DNA from: the human T2T-CHM13v2.0 reference genome, Homo sapiens
NCBI RefSeq assembly: GCF_009914755.1
Contig: NC_060928.1
DNA length: 64,000 nt
Strand: one strand, 5' to 3'
Shown here: in pieces, positions 46,901-61,137 of the stretch
How positions within the stretch are numbered: the stretch's first letter is position 1
Layout of the letters: each line of letters starts with the position of its first letter
Translations under genes and position numbers: made by a program
The notes under the pieces: model-generated
The model's database searches: none
What the model was told of the DNA's origin: nothing
Seen by the model: only the letters and a program-made list of their open reading frames with translations

Positions 46901-48450
46901 TACGTAAGTGATCAAAGCTAACATCATCACTAATAAGTAAGGCTGGTTGTATGTACCTCCTGATATGATAAGGGCATATCACCTATTTGGAATTCTTCCC
47001 CAAAACTTATAATCTCAGTGTAAGCATGACAAAACATGTGAACAATCTAAACTGGGGGGACATTCTACAAAATACCTGACCGTACTCTTCAAAACTGTCT
47101 AGTCATGAGACACAAGGAAAGAGAAACAGTCAGAGATTCTAGGTGACTAACGAGACATTACAACTAAATGCAATGAGTTTAATCTGAAAAAGATCCTGAA
47201 ACAGAAAAGGTGACAAACTGGAAAAACTGCTGACATCCAAATAAGACCTGTAGTTTAGTTAATAATACTGTATGAATATTGATTTCTTAGTTATGCAAAT
47301 ATGCCAAAGTATGTAGGATGCTAACATTGGAGGAACCTGGGTTAAAAGTATACAAAACTCTCTGTACTATCTTTACAACATTTTTTATACCTATTTTTAT
47401 ACTAAAAAGCAAAACATCCACAATGCTCCAAAATGGGAATAAAATAAGGTGAGATTTGCTTATCACAAAGCTTCTAGAATGCTACAGCAGTTAAGACAGT
47501 GTCATTCATTTAAGAAAAACAAAATTGACCAAAGTAACAGAAGAAACAGAGCAGACTACATATAGAAACCCGATCTGCAAGTCAGCTGACTTTGCATTTC
47601 ACTGGGGAAAACAATGACTATTCAATAAATGATGCTGGCATACTATTGGATACCCTCCTGAAAAACCTCATACCACCAACATAAATAAATTCCAGATAAA
47701 TAAAGAAAAATTAAAGGCAAAATTTAAATAGCCAAACAGATCAATACAAAAGGAGCAAAAGACATAAGCAGGCATGATAAAAAGGTAATATGAATGGCTG
47801 ATAATAAATATAAAAATTTCTCAACCTTATTAGTAATCAGAAAAACAAAATAAAACCAATGATAAGGTACAATTTCACACTTACCCATATTACAATTTTT
47901 TAAAAGACAGATCAGAAGTTGGTGAGAATGCTGTGCAACAAAAATTTTTGTATATTGTTGGGAAATGTATAAACTGATAATTTTGAAAAAACAATTTAAC
48001 TCTACCTAGTAAAGCTGAAAATATAAATGTCTTAAAACACTGAAACCATTGTCAGAAAGTCTCAAAGTTTTATTGCTCTTTTGCACAAGGAGAACTGGAA
48101 ACAAGTCAAACGTTCCTCAAAGCAGAAGACACAAAAAAGGTTGATTATTTCTATGATGAAATATTATACGTCAAAGACAACAAATGATCTAATAAGCTAT
48201 CTGCCTCAATATGAACTAATTTTTAAAGCATAATTTTTTTAGTTTTGCTTGTTCTGAAACATATGTTAAATCATAAAAGAAAGCACATGGTATTACTCCA
48301 TTGATACATATTTCAAAACAGCCAAGGAATTAACTATTTTTGTAAGATCACACATAGAGAAATATGTACTTCTTATGAAATTATAGAGAAAATCAGGAGA
48401 ATGAGTAACAAAATTTAGGACAATGATTATATTTGCAGTGACAAGAAGGT
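43920..48450 (+). mobile_element. Cluster of old L1M (L1MC/MD/ME-like) fragments
   Basis: A-rich L1-like ORF2 and 3'UTR motifs (cattctacaaaatacctgacc, caactaaatgcaat, ttcaataaatgatgctgg). Boundaries approximate. Confidence 0.65.
46009..46090. repeat. 42-bp tandem duplication (1 mismatch)
   Basis: ctaattatgaagaaatat(g/t)cagataaattaatattgagaga twice. Confidence 0.93.
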
Positions 48451-48479
48451 GTAATCAGGAAGGAATATGGGTAGCTGGT

Positions 48480-48696
48480 GTCACATGGCTCTCTTGGTGT
48501 TAACCTGTGGGAACTGGAACTCTAGGAGAAAGCACAAGAAAGTGCTAATAATACTCCAGTGACTGCTACTTTTGTAATGAAGTCCTTTGTCTCTGACCCA
48601 GAAGTCTCCTGTCTTCATTAGCATCCACAAAAGGGATAGGATTACTTACTACTTTGCAAGTAGGGCAAAATCTTACACCCCTTGCAATTTTTGACA
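48480..48696 (+). mobile_element. ERV1 LTR 3' fragment (MER34/MER39-like)
   Basis: gtcctttgtctctgacccagaagtc...ttgcaagtagggcaaaatct...ttgaca. Confidence 0.55.
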
Positions 48697-49867
48697 AGAT
48701 TATGTTTATATATAAAAAAAGACAAGAGGTGCAGTACAGCATGATGAAAAACTGCCTAAATAGGTGTTAGGAAAAATGGGTTTAGCATTTGTTTAGGTAC
48801 CAAATCTGAACGAGATCTAGGGCATCTGCTTTACTCCTCTGGTAGTCTTCTAAAGATAATCAGGGTAGCTTCTAGTTCTCAAAGTCTAAAATTATAGATG
48901 TAAGGAAAAACAACAACATGAAATGCACAGTCACAGAAAGAACAAATGTGAAGAATATGTAACTATGTAAGTGCTAAAGATAAAAACTGTGATGACAGCA
49001 AGTACAAAGTTTATTTCATTTGTACTGAAATATTTATCTGTAATATACCATGAGATGAAAATTCTCTTTTAACTTGTATATCAAAGAGAAAATAAAAAAT
49101 CCAGTGAAGTTCAAGTAAAATATTTTCATGTTATACAAATGTCATTGAAGTGAAAAATCTTCAGTAAGACCACCCAACCTTGACAAGTGTATTCATATGG
49201 GATTTACAGAGTAATATTTGTGTGACATACAGTAGGTGGTCTTTTGCGTGGGTGAAATACTCCAGCTGACTTTGGTTCATGAATGCTTCTAGGATAATTA
49301 TGACGAATTCCTACCTGGCAAGGCATAACGTTAGCCTAAATATCTAATGCTGCTTTCTGAACTATATTTCTTCTTTGTGATGTAATATTCAAACTTCTTA
49401 GTCCTGTGCATGGGTATGTATCCAGGTAATATGTACCTGTGGATAGAACTTTTTCTTTCAGTAGCTTATCATTTATTTTATTGATTTGGCTATGAGGAAG
49501 GTCAAATATAAGATTTTTAGCAGTAACCGCAACTTTGGTTTTCTAGCACAACTACAGTCCTTTATACAGCTTTGTATTCTCTAATCCTTATTTTAAATGG
49601 TTTTATTCCATGTATGCTTTTTTACCATAAATTATATTAAATAATTTTAGAAGTAGGTAGAAAACAATGACTTTGTATGCACAATGTGTCTTCCGATTTT
49701 AAATGAAGACTTCAAATAAAACATAGCTTCAATAAGGCTGGAAATTTCTTAGATCATCAGAAAAATAAAACAAAAGATGTCATTTAAAATCAGATCATCA
49801 AAATTAAGCAATTTGAAAGACTTTTAACAGTTGTTACATTGTTGGGATTTCAAGTATGATCACTTAC

Positions 49868-50063
49868 TTGCATATGTCATCTTCTGGGTCTTCAAGCCCA
49901 AATCTTTCATCAAACGTAAGTTGTATCCATACATTTTCCTCTACTGCTACTAATCTCCATACCAAGACCGTATTTCTTGGATAAGTATGAGGAAACCTTG
50001 GGCTGTGAATACTTCCATTAGTAGACACAGTAATAATTCTCTCATGCTGAGGATCTTGTACTC
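49868..50063 (-). CDS. PDGFC: PDGFC exon 2 (N-terminal part of CUB domain)
   Basis: Translates (G)VQDPQHERIITVSTNGSIHSPRFPHTYPRNTVLVWRLVAVEENVWIQLTFDERFGLEDPEDDIC(K), recognised as PDGF-C. Acceptor ttttttgctttag|GA, donor TGCAA|gtaagt; 196 nt, phase 1 to phase 2. Exon number is from knowledge of the gene structure. Confidence 0.97.
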
Positions 50064-51308
50064 CTAAAGCAAAAAACATAGACATAGACATACATTTAGA
50101 TTTCAAAAATTATAGGTATCAAAGCAAGTGTTTATTATTCACACTTTACCTCAGACAAGTGCTGAGTGTGTTTTATATGATATATGCCAAATACCACTCT
50201 TTCCAGAACTGATCCAGAAAAAAGATTATTTTATCATTATTGAATAAAAACCTGTTTCATATTTATACTTGAAGGAACATAGCAAATTACTCTTTTAAGG
50301 AATTTAATTACTGAAACGTCAACTACAAACTCTTTTGGAGTCCTAAAATCACAATAAAGCTGAGTTAACATTCAAATTTCTGAGAAGTTATCAAATATGA
50401 GACATTTTAGAATAAAAATACACTAGATATAATTCTATTTTAAAAAATACAAATAATGATTTTAATTCTCTAACTTAAAGCTGCAGAGCTACAGTCAACT
50501 AATTATTCAAAGATTTGCATTAATTTTATATATGGCAAAATAAGAAGGGTATTAAGATATTTGAAGAAAGTGAAATGTGAGGATAAAAGAGGCAGAAGTG
50601 GATAGGTAGAAAAGACTGTTTTCAGCTTTTCTCACTGATCTTTGAAATGTCAATTAGCATACCATACGACACACTATTTACAGCTTCTTACCTCTTTTTA
50701 TTACCATTGCTTTAGGAATTGAGCTGGCAAAATGTTCTTAATAACAGCTCATTATTTGGACCCATAACTTCTGGGAAAAACAAAAAAGGTATGCAATACA
50801 AGTTCAGAGCTTCACGTGAACTGGAATTACTAAATAACCTAAATCTTAAATGACTCTGAAAAGTAAAGCAAGATCAAAATAATGGTCTCAATTTCTTGTT
50901 ATAAGGGATCTATTAGCAGTACATGAAAATATTAAAATATAAAAAATGTTGCAGCACTTCTCAATGCATGAATACACAAATATGAATTCTAAATCTCCAA
51001 GGGCAGAGTATAGTACAAAATGGCTTCCAAGTTTATTAGGCAAGGTACCTTTTCACATTTATGAAATGCTAAAATATACTGTTAATAATATCTCTCCTCC
51101 TTTTTATTAAAATGTTGGGGAGAGAATTGAGAGAAAGGGCAAGTTGGCACTGCTGAGAAAGGAAGTATTCCTATACCCAACCAGTTGAGAGTTAATAATG
51201 AGACGAAACCCACAATTGATAAGTTATAAAATAAGCAGTCATTGAACCACTCCAAAAAATGTAAGAACTAGGCTAGTTATAGGCTCCAGGCCATAAAAAT
51301 CCATGTAA

Positions 51309-51669
<361 letters not shown>

Positions 51670-52206
51670 TTAAATATCCCTTATTGAATTTCTAATACTA
51701 TTTTATTTTAAAAAAAGTAAAAGCCTTAGACTGGACATTGAACACATGAAGTGATATGCATGGTAGGATATCTGACAATTATATAGTGCAACTTTTATAT
51801 ACTCATAATATCACAACAGTCTTTAGCAATGCCTCATTGGTATTCATAATTTGGAGATATGCTGCACAACACTGAACACTGTATTTGCAGTAACATCATG
51901 GAGAGATTACTCTCCAAAATAAGGTAAGTATCATTGTATTCACTGCCTTTTGGATATGTGCCATCAAGCTGTGTAACAGAGTTTACTAAGTCCTATGAAA
52001 TGACGACATTTCAGATTAAACCCTACATGTTTCTTCTTTCTTCCTTTTGTCTTGGTATTATAGCTTTCTGCCATTTCCTCTTCTTCATTTATTTTACTTC
52101 CAGAAACCTAAGTCCCTTTCCACCAACCTATTCTCTGTCTCTCTACTCAATATCTTAAAGTCTGTATCTTCTTTTATCTTCGCACTAGTGATCTCACTTC
52201 CTTTAT

Positions 52207-52777
52207 GATAGGTAGAATTCTAAAATGATCTCCAATTGTCCCTCATCCTTTCATAATCCTCTCCTTGAGTGTGTGAAATCTAATGGGATATTACTCCCAT
52301 GATTAGGTTAGTTGACTTTGAGTTAATCATATTTGGGTGGGTCTAACTTTATCAAGTGAGCCCACAAGATAAACTGGGTCCTTCCTAAACCCAGAGAAAT
52401 TTCAAAGTGTGAGAGATACTTCAACAGGAGGGTGATTCTTTATTTCTGGCTTTGAAAATGCAGGAAGCCATGTGCCAATGGATGTGGGAAGCCTCTAGAA
52501 GCTGAGAACAGTCTAAGGATGACAGCCAGCAAGGAAATGAACAACTCAGTTCTGAAAGATTGAGGACCCTGGTCAGCTTGGAAGCAGACTGTTCTCTACA
52601 GCCTCCAGAAAGGAGTCTAGTCTGGTGGACACCTTCATCTGAATCTTCTAAGACCCTGAACAAGAATTCAGTCACGTGGTGCCTGGAATCCTAACTGACA
52701 GAACTGAAGTTGATAAAGGATATTTTAAACTGCTAAATTTGTAGAAATTTCTTACATAATATTAGAAAACTAATACA
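52207..52777 (+). mobile_element. MLT1 (D/E-like) MaLR LTR
   Basis: agaattctaaaatg...gcctctagaagctgagaac...gaaaactaataca. Confidence 0.75.
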
Positions 52778-53281
52778 CCTTCTATCGCACACAAAGCTGT
52801 TTGAATTATGGGTATTTCTTTTTGCTCACAATTGTCAGCACTAATTGCAGTAACTGCAGCTACTTTTCATTTAGTATTTATGTTAATCAAAATATGTTAA
52901 CATTATTTCACATTAATAAAATACAATTTAAGAATGTTGCTCTAGGAAACTTCCTGAAAGACACAATGTGAAGGGTTGTATATTAGTTAGACTATGACTA
53001 AGGTTAAAGGACAACCTGTTTAATCCTAAACTACCCCAAATAATTGTAACGTTTTTATTTATGAGATATAATTAAATAACTGAATGCTACCAATCTTCTC
53101 AGTGCTAAAATTTTTCCTCAGCAGTAAGCACCCTATACAGAACATGTTTCCTCTTAATAGATGCTAATATTTGATACTGCTATTGGCTGTAATAATATAT
53201 ATAAAATAATTAACGCCTTTTCTACGCATATTATTTAGCACCAGTGTATCTCCTAAGAATACAGAAGGAACTATAAAGTTA

Positions 53282-53697
<416 letters not shown>

Positions 53698-56600
53698 TCA
53701 AAAATGAGTTTCTCCCTATTGTCCAAAGTTTCTTCCGATAATCTACATATTTCAGAGGTACTTATAGTAATTTATAAAAATAATCCTTCTCATTTTGGCA
53801 ACTAGTATTCTCAATGAATTATTTTTTCCCATCAGATTTATTAAAACCTAGCATCTACCCTATTTTGCTTCAAAACAAATGCCTTTTATCCAAGGCACTC
53901 ATTACAAATATAGCAGTGTGTGGCATATAATTGAGAAAACTACATAGCTATTAAAAGATCTGAATTCTATTTTTATATCTTCAGTCATAAAGCGCATGGC
54001 TAAAATATATATACTTAAGTTTGTGTTTACATTTTTTCCTTTATAATTCACTATTAAATTGGACTATATTTAAACATAATTTAAAGACTGAAAATCTGGG
54101 CCTTATTTGTGGTTAAAAAAAAATTGTAAATTTTCTTTTAAGTTAAATTACTGCTCCCAAAAAATTCACCTTGAAATGCAAGGAGGTTTGCCACCAAACA
54201 CTTATGATTTGCAGATGACTGTCAAAGTTTTATGTAAATCTCAAGCAACTAGGCCTATAATCAGAAGAAGAAAGAAAAAGAAGCAACAAACATTAAGTTT
54301 ACCAAATTAAGACACTGTGCTTATATTCTGTTGTTTTAACAGTCATTTTTTTGAACATATAACTTTACTAGTATTTTAGGGATGAGAAAAGTACCCACTT
54401 GAGAATATTTTATTGAACATTTGCTTTTCCTATATCCAACAGACAGTATACTCAAATTACCAAACAAAAAAAAAGTTTATAGTCAAATCACTAAAATATT
54501 TATCACATGATCCTTGCACACTTAACAAGAATCAATCTTGTATATCTTAGATAACGAGCTTGACATGAAAAATGAAAATATGTATAAATACTACATTTTA
54601 AAAATTATAGACAATTTCAGATTACCATACCCAACTCCTCTTAAGGTAGAGGTACTGGAAACTAAAATGAATAAAAAATTTAAAAAAGGAAAAGAAGAGA
54701 GACTAATAATGTAAATACTGTAAAACTGTTGACTATATGTGTATATATACAATTCAGTTATATAGAATCACTATATATCTGTAAGTAGTCAGTTTAGCAC
54801 TTAAAATCAAAGCAATTCTATAATGTTTACCATGCATTACATACTCTTGGTTCCTTTAAAAAAATATTTATTATGGGTGAAAGAAGGTGGTAGTAAGAGA
54901 ATCATAAAATGCAATTCAAATTATAATCCTTCAAAATGCTACATTATTAATAAAGATAACACTAACGAGGAAGTTTCTGGATAATATGCAACTCCTAAAA
55001 ATCATCCATGTCTTTATGCTAATGTTTTAAGTTGATTTTAGCAGAAAAGAAATGGTAGATTAAAATTAGGTAGAAAGAAGTAGGTCTTGAATCTTGGTTT
55101 AGTTTGGCAGTTGTGGATTCTGCTCCTCTGTTTCATGTAGGCACGACTGTAGCAACATGTCACCAGTAAACAGATCGGCCTCACGGATGTCCTGTGACAT
55201 TTTGGATGTATTTGCTTGCAAATATGTGTTATTTTCAAACTATGTAAAAATGCATTTCTCTTAGAGTGAGATGCATGTATTCCCCATTCTCACTCTATAA
55301 ATTGATAATACACACATTCACCCATTTAATTTGTGCTTTGCTATGCTCACTGTTTTTTTCACCTGTGATAATTTTTCTACATCCTAATGTTGCTAGTTTG
55401 TGGATATAGCTATTTCTGCATCTGCTTTCAATCTCCTTAATTCTCAACTAACAAAATTCACTTTTAACAACTGTTAGTTAAAATCATTGACATATATACA
55501 CATATAGTTTCACTGGCTCCATGAGCTGGTGTGTTTTTGCCTAGGAAATGCAGAGTAATTTCATCCTAATCTTATTTGATTCTGTAGAGAGAAGGTATAC
55601 TTGAGGTCCACAGAGCAAACAAATCTCTCTCCATCAATTGCAAACTATATAGAATTACTCCATTTACATGCTTAATATTTTAAATTCTATTAATATAAAA
55701 GTATAATGATGGGCTAGAGGGAAAAGAGACTCTAGTTTCTGCTTTATCATCATTTCCCATATCTTTAAGACAAATAGCACAATAAAACAACAAAGCTAGT
55801 GTTGGTTACCTCCAACTATTCCAATTACACAAATAAATATTCACTAAGGAAAAGTAAAAAAAGTGATTGCTATATTCAGTAAACCACGGAACTACTACAA
55901 TTATTTAGAATATGTCCAGTTGTGGCTCCTGAGCTTATCCCAGAAGACAGTTAATCACTTTATTCCTGAAGTTAAGAAATAACCAAAAATTATATAATGA
56001 GAACCTATTATGTTTCAAGTACTTCTACAGGTGCTTAAAAATAAAGTCCTGTCCTCTTCATGCGATAACCTCTAGGGTTGTAATTTGGTTTCATTCCTGG
56101 ACCAGCTATACTAGTAAACGAGCCAGTTTCAGATGTTACCTCTTTTGGAAGGCAATAGCTGATTCCTGGTGTACACTCCCTTTAGGAGTGAATATTTTAA
56201 TCATAATTATGGATTCACTTTTCTACCACACTACAATTCCTAGAAGGTCAGCTGTATTTACTGAAGCCCATAACCTGTTCCTGGCACATGGCAGCACCTA
56301 ATACCTATTGATACTCTAAAGAAACTTGAGATTATACAAACGTGGCAGAAAACAATTTTACATATCACTTCAACAATTCATCCTTCACTCCTGAACTTCC
56401 AGACGCTGTATATGATAAAGATAATATGATTTACAATTTATAGACCCTAATAAAGTCCCTTAGTTTACATTTGATGTCTTACTCAAAGTTCATCCGTAAT
56501 AACCTACAAACATATTTCAGCAGAAAGTGATAGGACTTAGAGTATGCATTATTGAGATCTGCCATTTTCTTAATATACCTACTTATTTTGAAAATAGAAC

Positions 56601-59600
56601 ACATTTTATAATGTACCACACCTTGGGAATGCCACAGTTGTAGTCATTATTTTATCTAAACTGTAAAATATGATCTATTTGATAATAAAATCTGTTATTT
56701 TAGGCAAGCCACTTGATATCTGAGGGTTTTTTTTTTTTGATAAACTGGAGATAATCACAGGTTGATTTAAAGTTCAAATGAAATGATATTTGTATAAAAG
56801 AATTACTAATCAGTATATAAGTAAATGGAAGAACACTGGCCATCATATTCTGTTTAACTCAAATAGAATAAGAGAGAAAATTTACCCACACATACTAGGT
56901 TTCCTGATGTCATCAAAAAGAAGACATATGTAAGATATAACACATCATTGGTCATCTGTATAAGCCTTCTGATTTTACGAACATCAAATTGATTAAGCAA
57001 GAAGCAGTGATTTTTAGATAGTGATTTCAAATTTCTGATTTACTTCTACAGCTTAATTAAAGAAGGAGGAAAAGGAGCAACTTTGTAGAAATTTTACCAT
57101 TTCTTTGACTTGATGCTGTCTTTAAAAAACACTTTGAAGTTCTCATGAATCTAATAAGAAGTACAGGAACTCAACCACCAGCCTCTTGTCCATGAGCTTT
57201 GGTAAGAAATGGGGGCCTGTGTTCAGGAAGTACACAACAAAGCTTCCACATGCAATGAAGGAATGTTAATATAGCGAGCATCTTCTCATCATCCCTCAAC
57301 ACCACAATGAAGTAGCCACTGAATAAAGGTCGAACTGACCCTAGCCAGAAGTATTCCTAGAAAATCAATATAAGCCCATTCAGATAGGCCAATCAGAGTA
57401 AATACAATGGCTTTTTCCGAAAAGTTGGGGACAAGACAATTTCGGGTATGGAAGTGAGATTTCGAACTCCTGCACCCATTTAGCCATCATAATGGATTCT
57501 AGCCTAATGAAAAAGTTGATGCACAAAAGTGGGCAGATGTACGGTAGTATTGAAAAATGCAGCTAGATCCGATCTCAAATAACACAATAAAATCACTGCA
57601 ACTCTAGGTTTCTCAGTGTTGTGAATAAATAAACAACTTTTATTATTAAGCCAATAAGAGTTAGAACTTTCTATACTTACAGCCAAAATAATTATACAGT
57701 GAATATATGTTTGGGTTTACCTGGAATAGCCTTATTTAAGTCTGTTATCCTGGTGCGATTATTATTATGCGTGCCACTATTTCTGCCCTTGAAAATATCC
57801 CAATTTGCATCATAAAAGACTCAGCAGAGAGGATCTATAAAATTTTTCTGGCACTGAAGCATGTGATATAGAAATGTTAATGATTTGACAACATGGCATT
57901 TTTGCCTTAAGGTAATGGTAAAAAATAATCTTATTTTTGTTCTATACAATGGGATATGACGTTTTAAAATGAAGGCTCAATTATGGAAGAAAAATAAGCA
58001 ATAATCTTCTTACCTATTATGAAATAGGATAAATGGCCAAGTATATACACACAGAATCTCCTCAAAGCCTTTATTACATACCAATTAGTAATGAATATAA
58101 TTGCATACACACACAATTGCACACCCCACTTAGTGAAACATGTTTGGCAATACTATAAGTTTTTTACTCTGTTAAATTGTACATTAAAGAGACCAAAACC
58201 AGAATGTGGAAGAAAAAAAATTAGGAGTAATTCATATTACAAAAGAAGCATTCACCTTAAAGGTTCACTATTGATTTTTTAAATATGTAATCAACTCTCT
58301 TATTGAATTAAAATTAGAAAGTTCACATAAAATATTAGGCACTCTAAAATATTTGAAGCAGAATAATACATTTACACCTAATAATACTGTTGTGGCAAAA
58401 ACTGGCTAACGTGGTTAACCACAAATTCACATTATATATCCTTTAAACAAACAACTTTAAGGAAAATATTTTCAATAAAGAATTTCATCTGTTTTGGAGA
58501 TTAAGCATCTGTTAATTTTCTACCTGTGTTGGACATATAATTTACAACATTCAGAGCAGAATTTACAAGCAATTTAAAATATGGAAAGTAGCTACCTATT
58601 ACTTTGTGAGCATACAACATCTAGATAAAGTACTGACATTTTGACAGGAAGATGTTTAAAATTTACCAATGAAAGTAACAACAAAAAGATAACCAAAACA
58701 AATTTACTATTTCATAGAAAAAATGCAAATAAGCCCATCAGTTTATGCTTTTAATGAATATTTAAAAGATACTTAAAATTCTCTTTTTAAGCTCTGAATT
58801 GAGCAAAACAAATGAATTTTAAAAAATAAGAAAATAGAAACATATTCATTTTAGTCTTACTATATTCAGATTAATATATTAATGCTGAAAATGAGTTTAC
58901 TGCTTCCTGTTCCATTTAGCATTTTAGCTTCAAAAGTGAATGTATATAATGTATACATGATGAACCTATGATTTTCTTAGGAATGCTAATTGAGGGCAAG
59001 AAAAATACTAAATTTGGTCACTTCTATACAAATCATGTCCTTCTATCTTATGTGATTAAATAATGTCAATAAGTGCTAAAGTGTTTACAATTGCATACAT
59101 GATATTTGAAATTTGGAAGTTATATTTGTAGCAAGATGTTTGGTTTCAGCAGTAATTCCACATAACTCTATCAGGTATAAATAAAGGGCAATTATCCTAG
59201 GACATGATTGCCCCTCAAAGGCTAAGTTTAAACAAAATATGCTCGTGAACATCCTATCCATTCAGCCCTGCTAGAAAAATTACCTCCCTACCCCACACTC
59301 CCAACCTGTAACAATTTTTGTCAATCTTAAAGTGATGTAAAAATACGAAAAATATAAACATTAGGTTTTTAAAGAAATTAAAACCATAAATTAATAAGAA
59401 AGCTTGGATAGTTTGTGGGAAGACGGGTTGCTTAAATTTTATTTCTCAAAGCAAAGACATTTTTAATACCAATGAGAATACCCAATTGTGCTGTTATTCC
59501 ACCTCAGTGCACATTATTTTTATCATCTAGCTGGCCTATAAAAAAAAAGAGTGAAAAGCTTAAACATGAAGATTTTAAGTATCCTTTATTCTAGAATTGG

Positions 59601-61076
59601 CTTGACTGTAACAACTAGCAAAATTCTTCAGCAACAGCTAGCTTTATGACAACAGCTTTCAAACTGATCTGAAGATCAAGGGACAGTGGTACTAAAAGAG
59701 GAGTTGAGACAGAATGGAATAAATTTGAGAAGACATATGCTTTTATTCAAAATAGAGACTGAACTGACTTTATGAGGCTCACCAAAATTCTGTTAGCAAG
59801 GTGAGATTATTCTCTAACACCCCATTATCACTAGTTCCTTCAACATTATTGAAAAATACCTACTTCCTTGTCTTCTGATCTCAGGGCCAACTTTGAAGAG
59901 TTATCTGTCAGACTGGACATTGTCAGATGCCACAAGAAGATCTGAGTGTCCTCCTTTATGGCATTTGCACTGTTTATGTGAGTGTAATCCCCTACCCAGC
60001 AAATGGACCGGCTGCATTCACGACCTTCGAGCAAGTGAACAGACATGTTGGAATACCATTTCCTTGACAATTCTTTTCCATGAAATCTAATTCTGTAGTT
60101 GAAAATTCTCCACTATGTTCCTTATAAATCCATCTATCCCTCTAAAAGAAATGTACCACTATCTAAAGAAAGAAAGCAAAGATATGAACAAACACCTGAC
60201 ACGGGGCGCGGAGGAGAAAACTAATTGGGAAAAAAAAATGCACAAATTATACTTATTTAATTGCAGCAATAGTAATAATACTAATTATCTTGACAAATGT
60301 CTTTTACTTCTTTTCTCAAGTGTAGATATGGCTTTTTAAAGAAAGATATGCATAATGCATAATGTAAGACTTAAAATATGAAACTATTTAAAATATATGA
60401 TTTAAACTTAAAGATCTATTACTGCACAACCACATAAACCCTCAAAGCATTTTTTATAGCAGTTATCATACTGCAACTTTTGATCATAGTGAAAAGTAAA
60501 CCAAGGAAATTTCAAGATTTTTGAGGGAAAAGCAAAGTATCAATTTTAAAAAGAACTGATGTAATTATTACTGGTCAATTAACAGGAAACTTATTTAGTT
60601 CTTTCTGCCCAATTAAAATAATTATAAACAGACAATGAAAAAATATAAGAAACAACAGAATAATAAATTCAACTTTGAGAAACATACTTCTACTCTTTCT
60701 AAATGATGGTAATAAAAATAATTTGCCAGGTAAAACTATCTCTAACATGTCAGAGAATATACAGAAGTGGGAATGTAGACATTTTTGCGGTTTAAAGATT
60801 ATTAGGAGTATGAGTGAAAACAGTAAGAGGGCATTGGAATGACTACATGGAAACTTACTAAGTGCAAAGACAGAAAGTACTCCCATTATGAAAGGAAGGC
60901 ATTCACATTCACACTTGCTCATGTTGAAGAATCAGATAAGAGTATTGTACTACCTAAACAAATTCTCTTGCTCTAATATGGTTCATTGTATCAAGCTTAA
61001 TTACATGAAAGTACAACAGTTTCTGATAAGAAAAGCTTAAAAACTCAGAGTAAATAAAAATATACGTTTTGCTTAC

Positions 61077-61137
61077 CTTTTAAATGTTCTTTCTCCTCTT
61101 TTCTATGCCAGTCCAGATGCTTGGATATAGTTCCTAC
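61077..61137 (-). other. PDGFC: Candidate alternative cassette exon in PDGFC intron 1 (61 nt, or 57 nt with the downstream AG)
   Basis: Minus strand reads ttttactatctccatctactggcag|GTAGGAAC...CATTTAAAAG|gtaagc: near-consensus donor, pyrimidine-rich acceptor and purine-rich body. Confidence 0.6.
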
